NCBI GenBank assembly: GCA_016840405.1
Contig: JAEOSK010000051.1
Span: 1-12,798, forward strand
DNA from: Candidatus Hermodarchaeum yapensis
GTDB lineage: Archaea > Asgardarchaeota > Hermodarchaeia > Hermodarchaeales > Hermodarchaeaceae
DNA length: 12,798 nt
Reading direction: 5' to 3'
Both the position numbers and the translations under genes were made by a program. The notes under the pieces are model-generated. The model saw only the letters and a list, made by a program, of their open reading frames with translations, was not told the origin of the DNA and did no database searches. Position 1 is the first letter of the stretch. The number at the start of each line of letters is the position of its first letter. Below are positions 6,862-12,798 of this stretch, in pieces.

Positions 6862-6914
6862 AGGTTAGGTAGCGCAAAAAGCTTGCGTCAGACAAAAAAC
6901 CAAGTGAATGAAAA

Positions 6915-7871
6915 ATGAAAATTTCACAACTCACCCGTGCAACCCTCGCGTTCGCCGCTATCGCCCTTAGCCTGTTGATGGTCTCCAGCTCTTCTGTGAT
7001 GGCTGCCACCAACGGTCAAGGGATTCAGTATCAATATAATCCTGGTAGCAAACAAGTGACCCTCACAACACCGACACTCGATATTCGTGTGTCCACCGAT
7101 GGCAATGTACCCCACTTCATGTTCTGGGATCCAACGTTCACTGATCCTGCCAACCGAATTAACTACCATGTCCAGTTTATCCAGTTAATCGAATTCAATG
7201 ATACAGACGATGATGGAATGTTCACAGCAGAAACCGATCATGTTATCGACCCAATCTTAGGGCTGGGTCGCGTTGATTGGGATTTCAGTGGCTTCCTCAC
7301 TGAAGAAGACGAAGGCACTACAACCGCCGTTCACTTCAACTTTACACTCAACTACGTGCAAGGAACAGGCTTTGAAACTTTGTACATGGAACTTCGCTGC
7401 CACATCAATGCCACCAACAACAATGAACTCAAATTTGACGTAGTCATCTCTGGTTGGCCCTGGGCCACTATTGACACTCTCCTTGCACTTCGATGGGATC
7501 TGATGGTTACAATGCCAGGAATGCACCAGTATCAACATGCACATCGCCATCAATACGAGAACCAAACCTACAGCTTTGATGGTGCTTTCTTCGCCTACAA
7601 ACGTTCAGCCAACGCTGGCAATGAAACTGTCGATGTAACCTGCAACTACGAAGACCACCCCGAACATACACGATTTTATCTCGTGTATCCCAACTTTGGT
7701 GACGAACTTTTCGTCCACGATCCTGTGGTAGGACTCGATGGATCAGTGGTTCCACCGAACGCGCTCCTCCCCATCCTAATTGTCATCGGGGCAGGAGCAT
7801 TGGCCTGTCTAGTTATCGCAGCATCATTATGGACTCGACGGCGTAACGCAGCTCCTACTCCACCCTCCTAG
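6915..7871 (+). CDS. Secreted, C-terminally membrane-anchored surface protein (probable glycoprotein)
   Basis: N-terminal signal peptide (MKISQLTR-hydrophobic-VMA), acidic beta-rich ectodomain with DTDDDG (Dx[DN]xDG-like), sequons NDT/NFT/NAT/NQT/NET, C-terminal TM followed by RRR. Confidence 0.85.
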   Translation: MKISQLTRATLAFAAIALSLLMVSSSSVMAATNGQGIQYQYNPGSKQVTLTTPTLDIRVSTDGNVPHFMFWDPTFTDPANRINYHVQFIQLIEFNDTDDDGMFTAETDHVIDPILGLGRVDWDFSGFLTEEDEGTTTAVHFNFTLNYVQGTGFETLYMELRCHINATNNNELKFDVVISGWPWATIDTLLALRWDLMVTMPGMHQYQHAHRHQYENQTYSFDGAFFAYKRSANAGNETVDVTCNYEDHPEHTRFYLVYPNFGDELFVHDPVVGLDGSVVPPNALLPILIVIGAGALACLVIAASLWTRRRNAAPTPPS

Positions 7872-7906
7872 CATCACAGTCTAGGAGGGCGGGTACTCTT
7901 TTTTTT
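7863..7906 (+). terminator. Hairpin plus T-tract terminator
   Basis: CCCTCCTAG/CTAGGAGGG stem followed by T8, between convergent genes. Confidence 0.65.
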
Positions 7907-7931
7907 CATTTCTTGACCCAAACAAAACAAG

Positions 7932-8783
7932 CTATTTGATTGCCTTCGCGATAAACTGGATGTAGATGTTAGTGAAGCGATGGCGACGGGTCAGATGTTC
8001 CAGTTCGTTGACCTGATCTTTCAGACGGGCAATACGTTCATCAACCCAATGGGACCCACGGCGGAACCGCATCGCCTCGACGCGGGGAATCTCCTCTTCG
8101 TAGGCTGCAGCAAGGCGCTTCTTCGCGAAGGTAACCCATTTGGTATCCTGTTCGGTGAAAATATGGAACCGTGGATCAAAGGATTCGACTTTTAATTTGG
8201 CTTCCCGTAACAGGTGACGTAAGTTACCCCCCGATAGTCCCGAATCGAACCCAATTTCGCCCTCGCGACGATAATGAGCATCCAAGTGGGGGAGTCCGTA
8301 CACACGGCAAATGGAATAATCCGGCTCCAGTGCCACAAACAGCCCTTCGGATTTCAAATGGCGGGCAAGTTCCTGAATCCCCTCCTGTTTTAAATCCGCT
8401 ACGACATGTCGGCTGTAAATGAGGTCGAACATCTCGTCTTTTGGAATCGTTCCTTTTTCCACAAGGTCTCCCGCAAAGAACCGGATGCGAGACCCAAATT
8501 CAAACAATTGTGCTAACTGATTGGCACAGGCTGTTAGTGCTGGATTAATGTCGATACCTACGACTTTGCCTTCTGGCACCATGCTGGCTAATTCTAACGT
8601 CGTTCGTCCAACCCCACACCCTACATCTAAAATCCGCATGTCTGGACGAACCTCAATTTCCTCAAAATAGGTGCCATAATAGGGAATACTTTCCCACAAA
8701 TAATGGGCCAATGCACCACGGGGGTCTAAAATCCGGTGCACGGCATTTCGAATCCGTGGCGACTCTAAACCTGGCAAGGTCAA
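7932..8783 (-). CDS. Class I SAM-dependent methyltransferase
   Basis: Motif I RILDVGCGVG, VVGID, FFAGD, FDLIYSR, LKSEGLFVALE. GGTGA SD before the TTG start. Confidence 0.9.
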   Translation of the reverse strand: MTLPGLESPRIRNAVHRILDPRGALAHYLWESIPYYGTYFEEIEVRPDMRILDVGCGVGRTTLELASMVPEGKVVGIDINPALTACANQLAQLFEFGSRIRFFAGDLVEKGTIPKDEMFDLIYSRHVVADLKQEGIQELARHLKSEGLFVALEPDYSICRVYGLPHLDAHYRREGEIGFDSGLSGGNLRHLLREAKLKVESFDPRFHIFTEQDTKWVTFAKKRLAAAYEEEIPRVEAMRFRRGSHWVDERIARLKDQVNELEHLTRRHRFTNIYIQFIAKAIK

Positions 8784-8923
8784 ACTAATTCACCCAACCG
8801 CACTCCCCCAATGTACTATCTTCAACACTTAAGATTTCTTCGGCACCCCCCAATAAACCCCCATACAGTCATGGCGGAACACTTTTTAACCGCCTCCAAG
8901 TGCTGAAGACCACACAACCCTGT

Positions 8924-8998
8924 GGGGTGGTAGATCAGCGGTAGATCGCGGGTCTTGCACACCCGAGGCCCCGGGTTCAAATCCCGGCCACTCCACCA
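8924..8998 (+). tRNA. tRNA-Ala(TGC), no intron, CCA encoded
   Basis: Acceptor GGGGTGG/CCACTCC with G3.U70, anticodon arm CGGGT-CTTGCAC-ACCCG, T-loop TTCAAAT. TTTTTAA ~35 nt upstream. Confidence 0.96.
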
Positions 8999-9114
8999 CT
9001 TCTCCCACCCGTTACGGTAAAATGATGAGCGAGAAGGAGCAAAGGTTTTTAACCAACGGGAGATAGGCTCTCCCCTGACAACCCCGAAAGGGGTTACACC
9101 ACCCAAAGAACCGT

Positions 9115-9220
9115 GCCCTGATAGTGTAGGCACCTAAAACCCAGTTAGGTGGCAAAACCAGGTCAATCATCATGGGCTTTCGCCCCGTGGACCCGGGTTC
9201 GAATCCCGGTCAGGGCACCA
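9115..9220 (+). tRNA. tRNA-Glu(TTC) with 28-nt D-loop intron (9130-9157, position 15/16)
   Basis: Acceptor GCCCTGA/TCAGGGC, anticodon arm ATGGG-CTTTCGC-CCCGT. Removing GCACCTAA...TTAGGTGGCAAAA restores GTGTAG|CCAGGTCAATCAT. Confidence 0.9.
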
Positions 9221-9231
9221 CCACCTAATTG

Positions 9232-9351
9232 GCGGGGGTAACCAAGCTTGGCCAAAGGTGCAAGGTTTAGGCCCTTGTTGCGTAGGCATTCCTGGGTTCA
9301 AACGTGGTTCTAATACGGTTAGAACAGCTGAAATTCCCAGCCCCCGCACCA
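9232..9351 (+). tRNA. tRNA-Leu(TAG) with 32-nt T-loop intron (9303-9334, position 59/60)
   Basis: Acceptor GCGGGGG/CCCCCGC, anticodon arm CAAGG-TTTAGGC-CCTTG, long variable arm. Canonical BHB CUGGG-UUCA-AA|C...UGAA-AU|U-CCCAG. Confidence 0.94.
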
Positions 9352-9422
9352 TTTGTTTTTGGTCGAATACCGTAGTGTTCTTTAAGGGCGATTTTCTTTC
9401 TATCCATGTTGGTGGTTTGCTC

Positions 9423-9869
9423 GTGAGCGTGAAACCGATTGGCGACTTGCTAATGGAAATGAAGAAGCGCTACGATAAGGACCAACGCGGCTGGCGGGTC
9501 CTGTCAGGTCAGGCAGACCACGGCTTGTATGATACCTTTGTGCTCCATCGGGATCGGCTATGGCAAATGAAAACCGAACCTGTTAATCCCTTTGAGGTGA
9601 TCGGGGTGGGAACTACTCATCGTCGGGTCGATGAAGGGTTACACAATCGGATTATGCAAGAGGGGAAACCGTTCTTTTTCCAATTAGCTGCGCCCCAGCA
9701 AAAAGGTGTCGTAATTGCCCAGGGAATTCAACGATATTCAGATGATTCGGCGTCACAATTACGGATGGTGATGTCGGATCGGCAAGAAGAACTGGACCGT
9801 GAGCTTCACACAGCTGTCCAGTCCATGAGCTTGAAACGGTTCCCTGAACGTCATGCGATGTATGGGTAA
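9423..9869 (+). CDS. Hypothetical protein (~148 aa)
   Basis: GTG start after GGTGG SD, with CTTTAAG ~40 nt upstream. The longer 9258 start overlaps tRNA-Leu and is rejected. Confidence 0.75.
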   Translation: MSVKPIGDLLMEMKKRYDKDQRGWRVLSGQADHGLYDTFVLHRDRLWQMKTEPVNPFEVIGVGTTHRRVDEGLHNRIMQEGKPFFFQLAAPQQKGVVIAQGIQRYSDDSASQLRMVMSDRQEELDRELHTAVQSMSLKRFPERHAMYG

Positions 9870-9892
9870 CGGCTTTTTGAAAAAATAGGAAG

Positions 9893-10001
9893 TGGCGCCG
9901 AGGAGCGGATTCGAACCGCTGACCTAGAGGTTAACAGCATCGGACGACAAATCCTGACGGATTTGCAGGCTCCCGCTCTAACCTGGCTGAGCCACCTCGG
10001 C
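9893..10001 (-). tRNA. tRNA-Asn(GTT) with 31-nt anticodon-stem intron (9939-9969, position 30/31)
   Basis: Acceptor GCCGAGG/CCTCGGC + G73 CCA. Spliced arm GGAG|G-CTGTTAA-CCTCT. BHB helix CGGG/UCCG, bulges AG|C and AU|G. BRE/TATA GAAAGAATTTAAAA upstream. Confidence 0.94.
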
Positions 10002-10087
10002 ACATGAGCTCCTGCCCATTTTCCTTGCTTGTTTTAAATTCTTTCGGAGTCTGAAGCCTGGATTGGCAATAAAAGTGAGTATTCGTG

Positions 10088-10669
10088 CTAATCGGTGTCG
10101 TCGGGACCAATGGGATGCCAAAGTTCCAGTGCCTTACGGCGTTTCATTTGTCGGCGTTGGGTATTCAGATACCGGTTTATCGTGGAATGCTCTGCACCCC
10201 GTAACAAGCGGACAATGGCGTTGACGGCTACTTGTTGGTTTTCCACTTCACCAATGACACCAATGGTATTCCCCATTACGGTCACGAAGGTCTCGGTGAG
10301 TTCTTCGATGTTCCGTCGGGTTTTGCCTCCCTGACCAATCACCCGTCCTTTCAGGCGTCGAATCTGATTCGGAGTGCTTCCGAACTCTTCAAGATTGATG
10401 AGTCGAAGGTACACATCATCATCAAGCAGAGCGAAGGCCCGTTGTGGACTAAATCCTCGACCAATTGCCTGTGCAATATCACGGGCTTTCCACACAGCTA
10501 AGGGATCTTTGGTTTCCTCTGTTGATTCCACGACAACTAATCCATCTGCACTGTCAATCGTGATGACCGTCTGGGTGATCTTTTCGAGTTCACGTTTGAT
10601 TTCACCATTTGGACCGATGAGGACTGCAATACGGGTTTTCGGGATGCGGATTCGTGAATCTGCTTTCAT
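10088..10669 (-). CDS. dim2: KH-domain SSU processing protein Dim2/Pno1
   Basis: RIAVLIGPNG, AIGRGFSPQRA, GRVIGQGGKTRRNIEELT, GAEHSTI. ATGA overlap with the Rio1 stop and GGAGGTG SD. Confidence 0.95.
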   Translation of the reverse strand: MKADSRIRIPKTRIAVLIGPNGEIKRELEKITQTVITIDSADGLVVVESTEETKDPLAVWKARDIAQAIGRGFSPQRAFALLDDDVYLRLINLEEFGSTPNQIRRLKGRVIGQGGKTRRNIEELTETFVTVMGNTIGVIGEVENQQVAVNAIVRLLRGAEHSTINRYLNTQRRQMKRRKALELWHPIGPDDTD

Positions 10670-11436
10670 TTGTATGCACCTCCACGTATTGCAGCAATGG
10701 TTTCATCCAAGTCTAGATAGGGGATGTCAAATCGCTCAAAGTAGGAGAGAATGTTACGAAGATCACGTTCGAAAAACATCTCACTATGTGGGTGATCCAA
10801 GACCACAGCTTGGGACATATCTATCAGCACAGGACCATCCCAGAGCATAATATTATACTCACTCAAATCTGCGTGAACTAGATGTGCATCATGATAGAGA
10901 GTCGAAACGGCTTTGAGAATGGTGGTTCGTGCCTGTTCAGGTTTTTCAGGTTTTTGTTGGTGCATTGTGGGTGCAGGGAGGCCATCTTCGCCGATGAATT
11001 CCATCACTAGCAGGTTCCGCTGGACATGAATGGGTTGGGGGACCCGTACTCCTGCATTGTGTGCTCGTTGGAGATTTTTAAACTCCTTTGAAGCCCAGGC
11101 AGTAATAAGTCCACTACGGGCTCTGGGAATCCGTGAAAATCGTGGGTCGCCTTCCAGATAAAGGGTAATGCGTTTGAAGTTGAAAGTAGCGATGCGGTAT
11201 ATCTTCACGGCAACATCGGTTCCATCTGGCTGTACTGCCCAATACACATTCGCTTCTTTCCCGGTAGAAATGACCCCATTGACTTCTTCGAGAATTTGTT
11301 TGTTAAACATTTGGTAGAGCATTAGGAGGGTTTTCGTGTCGAATACAGACTCGATGACCTGCCGGTCTTCTGAGCGCTTAATGCGCATCCTAGCCTTATC
11401 CAGGCGTTCTTCTAAGCGATCGAGTTTATCTGACAC
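10666..11436 (-). CDS. rio1: Rio1 atypical serine kinase/ATPase
   Basis: ISTGKEANVY, AVKIY, WASKEFKNL, LVHADLSEYNI, IDMSQAV..HP. Start placed at GTG 11436 after GGAGGTG SD (ORF track gives 11445). Confidence 0.96.
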   Translation of the reverse strand: MSDKLDRLEERLDKARMRIKRSEDRQVIESVFDTKTLLMLYQMFNKQILEEVNGVISTGKEANVYWAVQPDGTDVAVKIYRIATFNFKRITLYLEGDPRFSRIPRARSGLITAWASKEFKNLQRAHNAGVRVPQPIHVQRNLLVMEFIGEDGLPAPTMHQQKPEKPEQARTTILKAVSTLYHDAHLVHADLSEYNIMLWDGPVLIDMSQAVVLDHPHSEMFFERDLRNILSYFERFDIPYLDLDETIAAIRGGAYK

Positions 11437-11544
11437 ATTCTTCACCTCCGATGCATAATATGGAGCTCATCAATTTACACATGTTGCGGGATGGTAAGCG
11501 CCAATCCCCGATTGATAAAGTTTGTTGTCTCCCGTTTAATAACA

Positions 11545-12246
11545 TTATTTTTGCTGCTGAAACCGACGCGACGTGAGATCTAGCACCCCCTCAACACTGT
11601 GGATTATCATTCCCACCACCGTCGAGGTGGGTAAAGGCTCCGGATCTATACTCACGTGGTGGTCAGCAATTTTCTTGGGTGTGGGGGACGGCTCACCATG
11701 GGCAAAACCACCGACGAGAACCACAGGTTTTGATTCAGCGAGAAGAGTTTGAGCCAATTGTGTGGGAGGGGTTGGTGTACCATCGGGCGACAAAAGAAAG
11801 ATTTTGCTCGGGTTCAAGTGTTTTAGGTAGGCTTTCAGCGGTTCTGGGCGGATTTGCAATAGGGGCTTTCCTGATATGGGAACGCGTTTCTTAACTAGCA
11901 ATTGTTCCATTAGACCTGTGAATCGCGAAGTTCGGCGAGGTAGACGGGTGTCTGATTGAACCTCGATTATTTCACCGGAATAGGTGTGAATGAAGACTTC
12001 GAGTTGGTTTTCTCGGGCTAAGACGCTGTCTAACGCGGTCAGAAGGCTCCTGTGAATAATATCTGGGCGTCCACGTTTTTCGTTGTCAGGGAGTTGTTGA
12101 AGCGCTTTGGAATGGAGCGCTTCATCAAGCAGAATTTGGTCTGGAGGTTTCCCACGGGATTTGGCCGTTGAAACAACAGCAAGGTCACTAGTAATTTCTA
12201 CTGGCACTAACTCCAAAGCAGCATCAATCAGTCCAAGAATTAACAT
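11545..12246 (-). CDS. nep1: Nep1/Emg1 SPOUT-family 16S rRNA pseudouridine N1-methyltransferase
   Basis: DAALELVP, LLDEALH, KRGRPDIIHRSLL..LDS, RLPR..RF.GLMEQLL, VGGFAHG. Confidence 0.95.
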   Translation of the reverse strand: MLILGLIDAALELVPVEITSDLAVVSTAKSRGKPPDQILLDEALHSKALQQLPDNEKRGRPDIIHRSLLTALDSVLARENQLEVFIHTYSGEIIEVQSDTRLPRRTSRFTGLMEQLLVKKRVPISGKPLLQIRPEPLKAYLKHLNPSKIFLLSPDGTPTPPTQLAQTLLAESKPVVLVGGFAHGEPSPTPKKIADHHVSIDPEPLPTSTVVGMIIHSVEGVLDLTSRRFQQQK

Positions 12247-12294
12247 GAATAGAAGTCTCTGATGATGGGTAAATATGAATATTGTGAGACGCGG

Positions 12295-12648
12295 TTACTC
12301 AATCTTCAGAAGCCCACGTCTTTCAAGCCATCCGGCTTCGCCTTGGGAATATCGCCAAATAATGTCACCTCGTTTGTCCGTCTGAAAATCCCAAGGTGCC
12401 ACGAGGACGACATCTCCTTCTCGAATCCATACGCGTTTCTTCATGGTTCCCCGAATTCGGCAGAGTCGAGCCTTTCCATCGGCGCATTTCACGCGAACAC
12501 GGTCATAACCAAGAAGTTGTACAGCAATCCCCAGCACTTCTCCCTCTCTGGGCATTCGGACCCGAATCACTTCACCTTCTTGGCTAGACTGACCCTTAAA
12601 TTGACGCCGACCTCTACCTGATTTTCCTTTTCTTCGGGGTTTTGACAT
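12295..12648 (-). CDS. eif1a: Translation initiation factor aIF-1A
   Basis: VRMPREGEVLG..QLLG..RVRVKCADGKARLCRIRGTMKKRVWIREGDVVLVAPWDFQ..RGDIIWRY. Confidence 0.97.
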   Translation of the reverse strand: MSKPRRKGKSGRGRRQFKGQSSQEGEVIRVRMPREGEVLGIAVQLLGYDRVRVKCADGKARLCRIRGTMKKRVWIREGDVVLVAPWDFQTDKRGDIIWRYSQGEAGWLERRGLLKIE

Positions 12649-12798
12649 GATTATTCTCCTTAATTGGATGAGCTACAACAGGAAGACACCTATTTAAAAT
12701 TGCTCTCTACAAGTCGATTCTCCAATAGAACAAACAGCGCAGCTAACTTCTGTAACTGCCTTCTTCTAATCTGGTCGTGAAAAGAACACAAGCAAAAC

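Noticed and set aside
9258-9422. N-terminal extension of the 9258-9869 ORF, and ORFs 8822-9133 and 9170-9352
   Set aside because: They overlap tRNA genes, and a better SD-supported start exists at 9423.
9959-9969. CTGCAAA in the tRNA at 9893-10001 read as a Cys anticodon loop
   Set aside because: It lies inside the BHB intron stem. Splicing gives a fully paired arm with GTT, and G73 fits Asn.
12690-12798. Possible gene end at the right edge
   Set aside because: Too short to assign a frame or product.

Overview
Archaeal genomic window (TACK/Asgard-like by 16S and gene content; lineage not determinable by eye). The left third is a stand-alone minus-strand 16S rRNA gene (~4212->619) split by eight bulge-helix-bulge (BHB) introns totalling 2077 nt. 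Removing them leaves a ~1517-nt mature rRNA. By my alignment to E. coli numbering they lie after positions 161, 514, 722, 793, 908, 919, 1397 and 1519. Three encode LAGLIDADG homing endonucleases, and the ORF of one has no stop inside its intron, so it gains one only by circularisation or exon read-through. The middle holds a tandemly duplicated cassette: a membrane-anchored winged-helix regulator, twin AGTTCGA-N6-TCGAACT palindromes and a divergent promoter. That promoter faces a surface-protein gene in one copy and a ~220-nt structured sequence in the other. The right part has a SAM methyltransferase, four tRNAs (Ala, Glu, Leu, Asn), three of which carry non-canonically placed BHB introns, a hypothetical gene, and an SSU biogenesis/initiation cluster (aIF-1A, Nep1, Rio1, Dim2/Pno1). 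A 5'-truncated PD-(D/E)xK nuclease gene sits at the left edge. All alignments and folds were done by eye; no searches were run.
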